A stretch of DNA of 64,000 bases, taken from NCBI GenBank assembly GCA_965248695.1, contig CBDFKD010000001.1, forward strand, positions 1-64,000, written 5' to 3'. The position numbers and the translations under genes were made by a program. Source of the DNA: Acidobacteriota bacterium (lineage in GTDB: Bacteria; Acidobacteriota; UBA890; WLXD01). Positions 1 through 8,941 of the stretch are shown one piece after another. How positions within the stretch are numbered: the stretch's first letter is position 1; each line of letters begins with the position of its first letter. The notes under the pieces were generated by a model. It searched no databases. It was not told the DNA's origin and saw only the letters and a list, made by a program, of their open reading frames with translations.

Positions 1-4
1 GGTG

Positions 5-23
5 GGTAGTGTCCCATTATGAA
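5..23. repeat. Putative terminal inverted repeat of the IS1-family element
   Basis: GGTAGTGTCCCATTATGAA resembles the GGTAGTG...TGAA ends I recall for this IS1 subgroup. It lies downstream of the transposase; no partner end found. Confidence 0.35.
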
Positions 24-77
24 AGTCACTGAAAGTCAGTTTGGTACGGATTTTGCTGGCCGTTTCGAGGAGCGTTT

Positions 78-539
78 GTGCCTGTTAGCCTAATGGAGGG
101 CGACAGCGCGCCGGATCGGAGTGATCTCAAAAAAATGATCACCGACTACGAAGCGGGCCGGATTTCGGCGTATGCCGAATGGGTAGCTTGGGGTGGTAAA
201 CCCATTGCCGAGGTCGGAGCGCGCAACATCGCGAGCGAAGACTTGCCCGCGTTCGCCAGCGAGCTACAGACTCTCTTGTCCTCGCTATCGCTGCCGATCA
301 GCGGGTTCCTCTTGGAGGTCGAACGCGGCCAGTGGGCGCTAGGCGTATATCGTCACGCCTACGCCCTAGAAGCTCTCTTGGAGACGAGGAAGAGGTGCCC
401 CGATTGGGTAATGGGGCACCTCTTCGGTTACAACAGTGATGCGGTGTCGGGCTACGTTAGTGCTTCGTCGCCCTCACCAGAGTCCACGTCACAGCACGCC
501 GATGCATCGGACACGGTGGAAATCGTTCCCCTCGGCTGA
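78..539 (+). CDS. Hypothetical protein
   Basis: 153 aa ORF, GAGGAG upstream of GTG; 3' end overlaps the YjzC-like gene antisense. Confidence 0.5.
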   Translation: MPVSLMEGDSAPDRSDLKKMITDYEAGRISAYAEWVAWGGKPIAEVGARNIASEDLPAFASELQTLLSSLSLPISGFLLEVERGQWALGVYRHAYALEALLETRKRCPDWVMGHLFGYNSDAVSGYVSASSPSPESTSQHADASDTVEIVPLG

Positions 540-612
540 GGGCGATTTCGTAGCCGCAGTCGCTGGCCCGGTAGATCCCGGACGTGGTGGCAGTCTTGCC
601 TGTAGTTGGCAT
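457..612 (-). CDS. YjzC-family small protein
   Basis: GGGAGGAG RBS; TGKTATTSGIY...CG..IAL.RGERFPPCP...W pattern typical of YjzC. Confidence 0.7.
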   Translation of the reverse strand: MPTTGKTATTSGIYRASDCGYEIALSRGERFPPCPMHRRAVTWTLVRATKH

Positions 613-907
613 TGCAGTTACTCCTCCCGCATAATGCGGGCGCTGCGTTGCCACCCGACAGACGCACCGGGTGCGACTTGACGCTCAAGGTCAGAGCGGC
701 CTATGCTCCGACAGAGCATCAAAGTCCCGGCGCGCACTACGCCGGGTGACAACTGGTTTGGTCAAAGGCCCGACGGTGAACCCGTCGGGTCTTTGTTGTT
801 GTAGCCTGCGGGAAGTCCCGTGGTCAACATCACGACCACAACATGTTGGGGGTCATCATCAACAGGAGCGCCACCCGTTGTGGATATCCTGTGGAAATCA
901 CCGAGCA

Positions 908-1744
908 TTAGTAGCCCGCCTCGAAGGCCAGCAGGTCGTCCATCGCCAACTCGGTACTAACTACTTCGGCCACAACGGCCGGCGTGCTCCGCAGGCTGTC
1001 GTGAATCCGCACGAAGTTGTACCAGGCGAAGTGCAGCGACACAGCGGCTTCCAGGTTGCGCAGCGACTTTGAGAAGCCGTTCGTCAGCCGGGTGAACCGT
1101 CGCATACTCATCCGCATGGTCAGGTTCTGACGCTCGACGTAGCTCGTGGAGATCGCCTCCGGATCTGGATCTCCGGCCACAACCTGAGTTGTGCAGTGGC
1201 TGACCCTTGGTGGTGAGTAACGTCCGAAGGATGGATTCGTGGCCGTATAGCTCTTGGTCTGCTGTGCGTAGTCGATACCACGAGCCGCCACGACTCCGAG
1301 AGCGGCCTTGTAGCCAGCGAAAGCGTCCGTGGTCAGTTGGAACGGCCCGTCGATCCTACGGGCCAGCTCCGAGATCATCTGGTAGGAGTTGTAGCCGTCG
1401 CGCTTGCCGACGATCCAATGCGGCACCAACTTCGTTTCGGCATCGAGCGCGACGAAAACCCATTGATCACCATGCTTGGGATTCACGCGCTTGCCGGACC
1501 TGATCACCGTGGCCTGCTTCTTCTGGACGTAGGTCCAGATTTCATCGACCTGGAGATCGTCAAGGCGCAAACCGGTGAACCGCTCGCGCATCATGGCTTC
1601 GCAGCCTTCACCTACCCGCACGAGCAGCCGGCAGATCGTGTCTCGGTGACAGCCGGTCATGCGCTCGATGCTGCGGATGCTGTTGCCCTCCACCAGGGCG
1701 GCGATGATCATGCGCTTCTTCTCGGGGGCCAGTACGTTCGCCAT
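908..1744 (-). CDS. IS1-family DDE transposase
   Basis: N-terminal HTH (LVEGNSIRSIERMTG), QVDEIW, QLTTD, ISTSYVERQNLTMRMSMRRFTRLTNGFSK motifs. Confidence 0.9.
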   Translation of the reverse strand: MANVLAPEKKRMIIAALVEGNSIRSIERMTGCHRDTICRLLVRVGEGCEAMMRERFTGLRLDDLQVDEIWTYVQKKQATVIRSGKRVNPKHGDQWVFVALDAETKLVPHWIVGKRDGYNSYQMISELARRIDGPFQLTTDAFAGYKAALGVVAARGIDYAQQTKSYTATNPSFGRYSPPRVSHCTTQVVAGDPDPEAISTSYVERQNLTMRMSMRRFTRLTNGFSKSLRNLEAAVSLHFAWYNFVRIHDSLRSTPAVVAEVVSTELAMDDLLAFEAGY

Positions 1745-1975
1745 CGGTCTTGCTCCGGATGGCGGGCAGGACCACAATGGCTGTGAGGGTCCGATGCGGC
1801 CTATGCCCGCGTCTTGGATCTAGCCCGGTTCGCTGTTCGTGCAGCGGGCCGGGCGACTTATAGGTGGCCGGGGAGCATCGTGAGACGCACCCCGGCCCCT
1901 TCGGCGTTCAGGGATGCGCTGACGGTGGTGCTCGCGCTATCATCTGACCCTCCTTGCTGTCAGGGGAGAAAGGTG

Positions 1976-2050
1976 AGGCCCCGCCCGGTGTCGAACCGGG
2001 ATCTCGGGATTTCCAGTCCCGCGACTTGACCGTCTGTTGTCCACGAGGCC
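1976..2050 (-). tRNA. tRNA-like gene, anticodon GGA (Ser) on a short-variable-arm, U73 (tRNA-Cys-like) body
   Basis: Acceptor GGCCTCG/CGGGGCC, D stem GAC/GTC, anticodon stem CGGGA/TCCCG with loop CT-GGA-AA, 4-nt variable loop AGAT, T arm CCCGG-TTCGACA-CCGGG, discriminator T, no encoded CCA. Confidence 0.85.
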
Positions 2051-2101
2051 ATCACAAGTTGTCGGAGCCCGTCGCTGTTACCGCAGCGGCGGGCTCTTTG
2101 T

Positions 2102-2569
2102 TCAGAACGGTGGCCTAGCCTTCTCCTTTTCCATGGCCTCTTTCTCGGCCAGGTCCATGTCTTGTTCTTCCAAGTCAGCCTCGGCATCAAGACCGTAAGA
2201 CTCCTTACCTCGGTCCGATACGCGAACGATCCCCCATCCGCCAGTCTTCTCCAGTTCGCCGCGCTCGATGGCGCGGTTAATCGCCGCCCGAACACCGCTA
2301 TCAGACATATGGCCGAGCCGCATGGCGTTCTTGTGCGTGAGGATGTCCCGGACGCGCCATTCCCGACCATCTTGATTGGCCAGGTATCTCATCAAGTCTC
2401 GGTCTACCTGTTCGGCACGCACGCGCTTGATGCCAGGCGGCTTCGTGGCGTCACCGAGATACTCGCGGATATCGTCACGATCAAGCAGAGCCTGTCGATC
2501 GAGCTGAAGCCAAAGCATGGCGCGCTGGTCGTTTACGTCGTCCAATTCCACCCCTAAGACTACGACCAG
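2102..2569 (-). pseudogene. Probably 5'-truncated gene with a winged-helix-like C-terminal domain
   Basis: Frame stays open up to the IS3 end at 2570; SDSGVRAAINRAIERGELEKTG resembles a wHTH. Confidence 0.45.
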
Positions 2570-2885
2570 TGACCTGACCCCGCGGTTAGTACCATGTCTT
2601 ATCTCAGTAACTCGGTGCTGACAAGAGGTTGTTGAGGCCGGCGAAGCGGAGCGCAGCCGGCTTCAACAACGTCGCTTCGGGTGCGGGCGGCCGATAGCTC
2701 AGCGAGCTGTGCGGTCGCATGCGGTTGTAGTGCTGACGCCATCTCTCGATCAGAACCTTTGCCTCCTTGAGCGTGTAGAAGATCTCTCCATCCAGCAGCT
2801 CGTCGCGTAGCTTGCCGTTGAAGCTCTCCACGTAACCGTTCTCCCACGGCGAGCCCGGCTCGATGAACAGCGTCCCCACGCCCAC
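2570..2885 (-). mobile_element. IS3-family remnant (right end and transposase C-terminus)
   Basis: TGACCTGACCCC...TAGTACCA end at 2570; FIEPGSPWENGYVESFNGKLRDELL...HYNRMRPHSSLSYRPP is the IS3 integrase-core C-terminus. Confidence 0.9.
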
Positions 2886-3171
2886 ATTCGGAGCTGATTG
2901 TTCCGAGGACAGCGGCTTTGTGTGCGTAGTCAAATAGAAAATCCAGGACGACGAGTAGGCCAATCCCTACGCTGGCCACGTGCTGAAGGGTTTCCGGGAG
3001 CTCGGTTACGAGAGGCGCGATTCCGCCAATTGCCGAGACGAGCAACAGGGATCGAATCAGCCGCTGCCTGCGTTGGTATCGATCGGCGAGCGTTCCGTAG
3101 TATCGGGTAACCCGCGCCATGTCGAGCATCTGTTGCCAGATGGCGGTTCGCGTTCGTTCGGTAACTACCAT
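2886..3171 (-). pseudogene. SLATT-like 2-TM effector gene, 3'-truncated at the IS3 remnant
   Basis: RYYGTLADRYQRRQR, TM1, TM2, then FDYAHKAAV; sequence switches to IS3 DNA near 2885. Confidence 0.5.
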
Positions 3172-3234
3172 CGGAACCTCCCCGCTGAATCTTGCCTATG
3201 GATAGAGGATGTACCTACAATACGCGCGAGAGCT

Positions 3235-3259
3235 TGGTGGAGGAGACGGGAATCGAACC
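3235..3259 (-). other. Isolated tmRNA/tRNA-Ala-type 3' end fragment (att-like scar)
   Basis: Minus strand GGTTCGATTCCCGTCTCCTCCACCA: T loop, U70, A73, CCA; no 5' half upstream. Confidence 0.65.
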
Positions 3260-3579
3260 GTGCCGGAGGATCTCAACTCGCCCGGCCTGGCACCAACCAG
3301 CGGCCCCGCAAGCCCGGCACGATCAGGCTGGCGAGCGCTATGTGGGCATCGCCTTAATTCTTTAGTGCGCCCGTAAGCTTCACACCGAAGAGGCCCCCAT
3401 TTGCAATCGCGCATAGAATGAAGATGTTACGGGGCCACTCGGGTACAAAATAAGGCTGGAGCATTTCAAGACTGGCAAACGTCACAGTGACGAGCGATAG
3501 AGGAAAGATGCGGATCGCAAGCCACGTTGTAGCACGCTCCCGCGCCCAAGCGGTTGCGCTCGCACCCACATTGGGGAGT

Positions 3580-3978
3580 TCATTTGCCGGCTTCGGGGGC
3601 AACGAAGATCTCCTTCGCATCGTGTGGTGACAGCGTGATTTCCCGGTCCTCGTTATCGCCGATGTAACCAACGTCTGCGAGCGTCACAGTTCTTCCAACA
3701 TCTTCCGGTGCTACCACGATGCTCAGAGGCAGTTCGGAGGATCTCGGAAACATGTACATTCGCGTTAGGAAGCCGCGATTCACAGCCTCAGCCAACTCAG
3801 CGGCAGCAACGTCTTTCGTGATGCCTTCGATGCTCGCGTATTCAGCTACGTCCAAATAGCGCCCCCCCGTTCGACGGTATACAGTCTCGATCTCGTCAAG
3901 GTCGCCTAGGTGCCGTAGTAGCCACCTATAGAGATGTTTAAGACGCCACAAATCGAACGAACTCTTGGAGCTTTCCAT
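3580..3978 (-). CDS. Hypothetical protein
   Basis: 132 aa globular-looking ORF overlapping the end of the upstream gene. Confidence 0.6.
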   Translation of the reverse strand: MESSKSSFDLWRLKHLYRWLLRHLGDLDEIETVYRRTGGRYLDVAEYASIEGITKDVAAAELAEAVNRGFLTRMYMFPRSSELPLSIVVAPEDVGRTVTLADVGYIGDNEDREITLSPHDAKEIFVAPEAGK

Positions 3979-4690
3979 CGGCCAGCTGTGCAGTAGTTAT
4001 TATTTCGCCAGCTGCTGGATGCAAAATTAACCTTGAATCAGCTGGGATTCCATGCAGCCCTTCGCGGAACCGGAGCACGAGCTTGGTAAGGGTTTCGGCC
4101 TCCTCGATCTTGTCAAAGCTCTCGCGATGCACCGAACGGAGGCCGGGACGCTCCTGCACCGTTCCCACTGTACTATGCTCCGTGTCGACCACGGGACGGC
4201 CGTCCTGGCGCTCAATGTAGCCACTGGCATACGTGTCGACGGGATAGTTGCCATCCTCCTTTACCTTGCCGTGCGCTGGAAGGAGAACATCTAGTAGGTG
4301 CAAACCACCTGTCGAGAGATAGACGACGATCTCGCCCGGTTCGCGCGGATTGTCGGCCCATTGGTCGAGAGCGACACGGTCAACTCTGTAGCCCTCGGGG
4401 TCCAGGTATTCGACGAGCACCCGAACCCTGACATCGTGCTCAGTGTCGTTGGCCATGTAGACCGTCAGCAGTGTTGTGGGACGACCCTCGGCAGCCTCGC
4501 ACCACGACCCGCTAATGCCGAGACCCGGCAGGTATTCGAGTCTATCGTCATCTTGACAGAACCAGCGTTCGTCCATCTCATACCGATCGATGCGGACCGG
4601 ATTAGCTACTACCTCAACTGCTGGTTCATTGGTCGGAGTTCCGCAGGCGACTCCCAGGAGTATTGGCACGACCAGTAGGAGTCGATACAT
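3938..4690 (-). CDS. Putative lipoprotein
   Basis: GGGAGGG RBS; signal peptide with lipobox LLGVAC. Confidence 0.75.
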   Translation of the reverse strand: MYRLLLVVPILLGVACGTPTNEPAVEVVANPVRIDRYEMDERWFCQDDDRLEYLPGLGISGSWCEAAEGRPTTLLTVYMANDTEHDVRVRVLVEYLDPEGYRVDRVALDQWADNPREPGEIVVYLSTGGLHLLDVLLPAHGKVKEDGNYPVDTYASGYIERQDGRPVVDTEHSTVGTVQERPGLRSVHRESFDKIEEAETLTKLVLRFREGLHGIPADSRLILHPAAGEIITTAQLADGKLQEFVRFVAS

Positions 4691-4704
4691 CTGGAGCCCT
4701 CCCA

Positions 4705-4767
4705 GTTCAGTGTTCACGCGACTCTCGGGTGAGGGTGGTTCATCTCACGAACCGCGCTTTGGTCATC
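4705..4767 (-). repeat. Leader repeat copy 0 (degenerate)
   Basis: Plus strand GTTCAGTGTTCAC-GCGACTCTCGGGTGAGG...GCGCTTTGGTC aligns to the copy at 6248. Confidence 0.65.
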
Positions 4768-5590
4768 TGGGCTGCACCTTGACGTAAGGCGCAGCCGCCC
4801 AGGCTCGGTATCCGTCGTCCAGCTGAATCAGGTACCAAGTGACGTTGCTCTGAGACCTCCGCAGAACCGCGACTTGGGTCGAGTGTGGAACTGTCTTGCG
4901 CAACAAATCGCCCTCGAGACCGCCCGGCGCTGCAAAGAGCGGATAGTTTGCCAGCGTCAGATCTTCGTTCTCGATGATTGCCGTTGCCTCGAACGATTCC
5001 CCTAGCGTTGACATCACGCGGTCTCGGGACTCCGCGAGATCAGCGCTCAGCGTGCTCTGTCCGGCGTAATCGCAGCGTTCTAGAACGCGGCTGGTCGCTG
5101 CGGTGAAACCAGCGAGAGAGAAGAGCTTCGTGATCGCCATGGACGCGCTGTTGTAGGTACGTGCCGCGATCCGCGTTCCCGACTTGGATTGTTCGATAAG
5201 TGCTTGTGCTGAACTCCCGGACGCAATGCCTAATCGCCAGTCTAACCTCGTCATCCCGCCCGTAAAGTGAACCCGCACTCGCTCGGAGATGGGATCGTTG
5301 CGGTCCACGCGGTAGATCACCTCTTTTTGGTCGTCGGTACCCGTGTACTCGAACCGGAGAGCAAGAAGCAATTCGAGGTTCCCATTAGCACGACACACTA
5401 GAGCGAGCGTCGCGTCGTCCGCTTCCGTCGCAGCCACCGTCTCGACCGAGTCATCAATGGCGTCCATGCGATCGAAGACTTGCCAATCACCGTGTGCGGA
5501 GGCGTTGTTGTGGGTGTCCTGAGCTTTAGCGGCTACTTCCGTACTCGCGATGATGAGCAGGCTTAGGATTGCTAGGACGGGTGCTTTCAT
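4763..5590 (-). CDS. Secreted protein, VasI/IalB-like domain plus C-terminal SH3-like domain
   Basis: Signal peptide; GDWQV...TLALVC...VIYRVD...FSLAGF..A...VLERC; C-terminal VAVL...WYLIQLDDGYRAW. Confidence 0.6.
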   Translation of the reverse strand: MKAPVLAILSLLIIASTEVAAKAQDTHNNASAHGDWQVFDRMDAIDDSVETVAATEADDATLALVCRANGNLELLLALRFEYTGTDDQKEVIYRVDRNDPISERVRVHFTGGMTRLDWRLGIASGSSAQALIEQSKSGTRIAARTYNSASMAITKLFSLAGFTAATSRVLERCDYAGQSTLSADLAESRDRVMSTLGESFEATAIIENEDLTLANYPLFAAPGGLEGDLLRKTVPHSTQVAVLRRSQSNVTWYLIQLDDGYRAWAAAPYVKVQPR

Positions 5591-5622
5591 TTTGAAGAAA
5601 CATCTCCCGGTTCGGTTTCCCC

Positions 5623-5684
5623 GTTCAGCGTTCACCGGCCCCGCATGGAGGTCGGCCTGTAGCGTGTAGGGTCTCTTGGTCTTC
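5623..5684 (-). repeat. Leader repeat copy 1 (lacks first hairpin)
   Basis: Plus strand GTTCAGCGTTCACCGG...GGTCGGCCTGTAGCGTGTAGG. Confidence 0.85.
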
Positions 5685-5689
5685 GCCAT

Positions 5690-6160
5690 CTACTGACCTG
5701 TGGGTGCCTGTACGAACTGACCGTTGGTCAAAATAATGTCTGGCTCATACGGCACGTTCGGCCAACGGTCTGGCGGCGGTGGTCCAGGCTGACCGTCGCT
5801 ACCTCGTGACGTAATGCTGTAGGTGTCAGAGTCAGTAACGTAGATGAAGGAGTTGCCCCAACCATCGACCGGTAGCACTTCGGGCATGTAATCGAGAGTA
5901 CCGAGTTCTCCCAGCGATTCAGCATAGCGCCCGGTGTCAACACGCATGACTCCGTTCGCGGTAGCAATTTCGCGCATGGCAGCCATGGTTTGGCCCTGTA
6001 GGCCGTGCTGTATAGCATCGGAAGCACCAGAGGTGAACAGAACCCCTAAGATGATAAGGATTCCGACCCCCAATATGACAGTTGTAGCTACGCCGAGAAA
6101 AAACCAAATTACGCGCGTGGTTACCAAAGACTTGGAATAGGTGCCAACGTCAGATTCCAT
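5690..6160 (-). CDS. GspG-like pseudopilin-domain protein
   Basis: Single N-terminal TM; LPVDGWGNSFIY...YSITSRGSDGQPG matches the T2SS G domain; no clear prepilin GFTLxE site. Confidence 0.75.
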   Translation of the reverse strand: MESDVGTYSKSLVTTRVIWFFLGVATTVILGVGILIILGVLFTSGASDAIQHGLQGQTMAAMREIATANGVMRVDTGRYAESLGELGTLDYMPEVLPVDGWGNSFIYVTDSDTYSITSRGSDGQPGPPPPDRWPNVPYEPDIILTNGQFVQAPTGQ

Positions 6161-6247
6161 GTGCTAATCCTGTTCTCCACTGAAATCTCCGGCGTGCAGA
6201 AATCATAGAAGCGTCTTCCCCGTCCATCTGACCAGCCCCCTCCCCCT

Positions 6248-6325
6248 GTTCAGCGTTCACCGACCCTCGGGTGAGGTCGGCCTGTAGGGTGGTAGGGCCT
6301 GCCGTAGCAGGCGCTTTCGGTCCTC
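6248..6325 (-). repeat. Leader repeat copy 2
   Basis: Two hairpins GCCTGC-TACG-GCAGGC and GCCGACC...GGTCGGT, then GAACGCTGAAC. Confidence 0.9.
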
Positions 6326-6382
6326 TGTCGCGGTGCCATACTTCACGATCAGCCCCTCGTCTTTCAGGCACAGGAAACCGCG

Positions 6383-7264
6383 CTACTTGTTCCAGCTGTG
6401 GTAGACGGGGATCGTCCCGCCGAACAGTTCCTTGAACTCCAACCGGCATGTCTTCATGGCCGGGTTCCAGTTCACCATTACTGTGAGTGGAGAAGTCTGG
6501 TTCGCCAGGATCGGGTTGTAATCGATCACTGCATTCCCCGACGTAACGAACTGGCCGTTTGAGTCGTAACAGCTGGCAACCGCGGTGACGTTCTCAAGGG
6601 CGTTGCCTGCAATGTTCTTTACGGATCCCTCGACGATCGCGAACTGACTCCGGTGGCTCCAACTGAATGCCGTGAGCTCGACAGAGGCCTCAGCACGGGC
6701 ACGGCGCTGGGCAGCCGCTCGCGCCTCACGTTGCCGTTCCTCTTCTGCTTCGGCGATTAGCCGTTCTAGATTGCGAAGGTCCCGACGCGCTTTGCTCGCG
6801 ACGGACGTGTCTTCGAAGGTGTTGGCGACCGCCTCCAAGTGAGTCTTTGCGCCGTCAAGATTAGTTCCCGTGTCGATAAGCAGTCCAGCCGCCTTGTATT
6901 TCTGCGCTGCTTGATTCTCTCGGGTGTTCTTCCGTAATTCTGTGGCTGCCTCCTCCACCGACGATCCTGGCCACCGACTAAGGAGTTCATCCAGCACCTT
7001 CTCTGCTTCGACCCAGGAGTTCGATTTCATAAGCTCCAGGGCCCGTTGATAATACGCCGCGTCGGTTTCGCTGAGGCTTGCAACCTCCGCCCGGAGCGTC
7101 TCGGTCTCCGCGGTCAAGTTCGCGACCTCCTCAAGGACCCGATCGTGCTCCTCCTGGGCAACGCCGCAAGCTGCTGTTGCCAGGACAAGGGGTGTAACTG
7201 CTAGCAATGCTGCGGTGTAGTAGATGCTGCGTGGCACAGAGGCTGCTGCTATTAGGTTTTTCAA
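6383..7264 (-). CDS. Lipoprotein with TPR-like repeats and C-terminal FxLYD domain
   Basis: Lipobox LATAAC; helical repeats; IVEGSVKN...NVTAVASCYDSNG...ILANQTSP. Confidence 0.75.
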   Translation of the reverse strand: MKNLIAAASVPRSIYYTAALLAVTPLVLATAACGVAQEEHDRVLEEVANLTAETETLRAEVASLSETDAAYYQRALELMKSNSWVEAEKVLDELLSRWPGSSVEEAATELRKNTRENQAAQKYKAAGLLIDTGTNLDGAKTHLEAVANTFEDTSVASKARRDLRNLERLIAEAEEERQREARAAAQRRARAEASVELTAFSWSHRSQFAIVEGSVKNIAGNALENVTAVASCYDSNGQFVTSGNAVIDYNPILANQTSPLTVMVNWNPAMKTCRLEFKELFGGTIPVYHSWNK

Positions 7265-7280
7265 AGTAAGCTACGCTCCC

Positions 7281-7456
7281 GTTCAGCGTTCGCCGATTCC
7301 GCATGCGACCGGCCTGTAGCGCATAGAGCCTACCGTAGCAGGCGCTTTCGGTCCTCCGTTGCGCCGCCATGCGCGCCTTCTCATCTTCTCCTTGTGTTAG
7401 CAGACAAATGTCTATTATGGTCGCCCGCTTGGTTACGCGCATACTACTCGCTCCGC
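7281..7456 (-). repeat. Leader repeat copy 3 plus duplicated promoter block
   Basis: Core repeat at 7281-7356; 7401-7456 is identical to 9051-9106. Confidence 0.9.
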
Positions 7457-7580
7457 CCGCAGGATCTGTCGAACTTGTCTCATCGGTAGCCTCTTGGTTG
7501 CCATCCATCGCTCCTCCTGGCGTTAGGAGGCGCCATGGTGCCGCACTTGCTACCGATGGATCCCTGCTCTCAGATCCTCG

Positions 7581-7693
7581 CGATCGGCTCCGAAATGAGC
7601 GATCGCGATGGTCCGAAACCAGTGATCGGCATCAACCGAAATCCGTGATCGCGATAAACCGAAACGGGCGATCGGGATGCTCCGAAATACGCA
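7581..7693. mobile_element. IS21-family terminal remnant
   Basis: Five GATC..CCGAAA units at mostly 23-bp period ending in ...AATACGCA (TGCGTATT end); no istAB. Confidence 0.75.
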
Positions 7694-8152
7694 CAAGGTG
7701 GGCAATGCTCTTGCTTCCCTCCAACTCATCGAGGAAGGAATCCTCAGCGAGGATGATTTCGACGGGTTGACTACGAAGCAGGCCGAGAAATTCCTTCAGG
7801 ATGCTCTCCGAGGACCTTGAACTGTCCGACGAGAGTCCCCATCGGTGGCATGCCGTCGCGACCCGTCCGGGTTCCGTTCGCACTTGAGACCGAGTACGTA
7901 GGCTCACCGACCGCCACCAAAGCCGCGCTCTACAAGAAGCGGGTCAAGCAGATCAGCGATTACGAGCCTGCGCGTCCCAAGTCGAATTTACGATTGAGAT
8001 AAGTCCACCGAAACCCGGTTACTGTCGACGATCACGAAACATGAATCAATGAATTCCTGTGTCGTTATCTCAAAGTCGACGAGCTTCTTAATGTCGCTGG
8101 CCAACGCGTAGATGGCGACAACGGGGCGTTGCGGCGGCGCTTCATCGAGTGT
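7694..8152 (-). pseudogene. Gene fragments (start-less C-terminal piece; ORF cut by the IS21 end)
   Basis: ...VVAIYALASDIKKLVDFEITTQEFIDSCFVIVDSNRVSVDLSQS* has no start; ILKEFLGLL...IAHLV runs into the IS end. Confidence 0.35.
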
Positions 8153-8163
8153 CTAGGAGAGCT

Positions 8164-8928
8164 TCACTCGAGCCTCGTCAGAAGGGCTGCTGCGATTTCC
8201 ATGCAGTCGAGCCTTGGCATGCCCGCGATAATCGACTCCTCCATTGCTCCGAGAAAGGCCAGGTGCGTCATCGTCTTGCCGTTCTTGGCGAGGTCCCCGA
8301 CTGAGAACACCGCGATGTCGGTGAGGCTGGGACCATTCGTCGTATCTCGCCTCTGTTGGCACTTGGACTCCAGGCTGGAGAGAACGGCGTCGAACTGCTG
8401 AATCAGGCGTCGCTCGACCGTTCGTGTTCCGACCTGAATCGAAGCGATCTTCGCTTCCGCCGGCGAAGCAGCTGTTACATCAACGGTCGTCGAGGTTGGT
8501 GGACGGCTAGTGGCACTAGATCCCGAGGAGGTGTTCGGTCGAGATGAGGCTTTGGGGGTCGTGGTCTGCGGCGCGGGCGCAACAATCCTCCCTACGTAGC
8601 TGAGTAGCCCAAGTACTACTAGAACCAAGACAACCAACCTGAACGCCGCTTGCTTATGAACCGGCGGTGCCGCATGGCCGGAGTCGGCAACCGTCACTGC
8701 AGGCGGATCTGCCGCTGCAGCTGCGGGTTCCTCGGGGATCGCATCCGTACTCGCCGCCGCTACCTCGTCCGGCAGGCTGTCCGCTGAGGGTTGATCCGAG
8801 ATCGGCGAAGACTCAACGTCGGCGGCCGACTCCTGAGCCGCTACCGCTGCAGCGAATCCGCACTGCGGACAGGCTGCCGCCTGGTCGGAAATCTGAGCCT
8901 TGCATTCAGGGCATTCGATCAGAGCCAA
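8164..8928 (-). CDS. Zinc-ribbon, single-TM membrane protein
   Basis: MALIECPECKAQISDQAAACPQCG, acidic linker, TM, Ser/Thr-rich stalk. Confidence 0.85.
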   Translation of the reverse strand: MALIECPECKAQISDQAAACPQCGFAAAVAAQESAADVESSPISDQPSADSLPDEVAAASTDAIPEEPAAAAADPPAVTVADSGHAAPPVHKQAAFRLVVLVLVVLGLLSYVGRIVAPAPQTTTPKASSRPNTSSGSSATSRPPTSTTVDVTAASPAEAKIASIQVGTRTVERRLIQQFDAVLSSLESKCQQRRDTTNGPSLTDIAVFSVGDLAKNGKTMTHLAFLGAMEESIIAGMPRLDCMEIAAALLTRLE

Positions 8929-8941
8929 CGTCAGTCTCCCC

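Noticed and set aside
6248-6325. Leader repeat as a hammerhead ribozyme (GAAA-stem-CUA)
   Set aside because: No CUGANGA core (CUGAACG instead), stem I is not adjacent to the NUH site, and stem II cannot form.
7281-7385. Conserved leader peptide in the repeat
   Set aside because: Copies differ by frameshifting indels and do not share a start codon.
7581-7693. 23-bp periodic repeats as a mini-CRISPR
   Set aside because: Period too short, no unique spacers or cas genes, and the TG...CA-type end fits an IS21 terminus.
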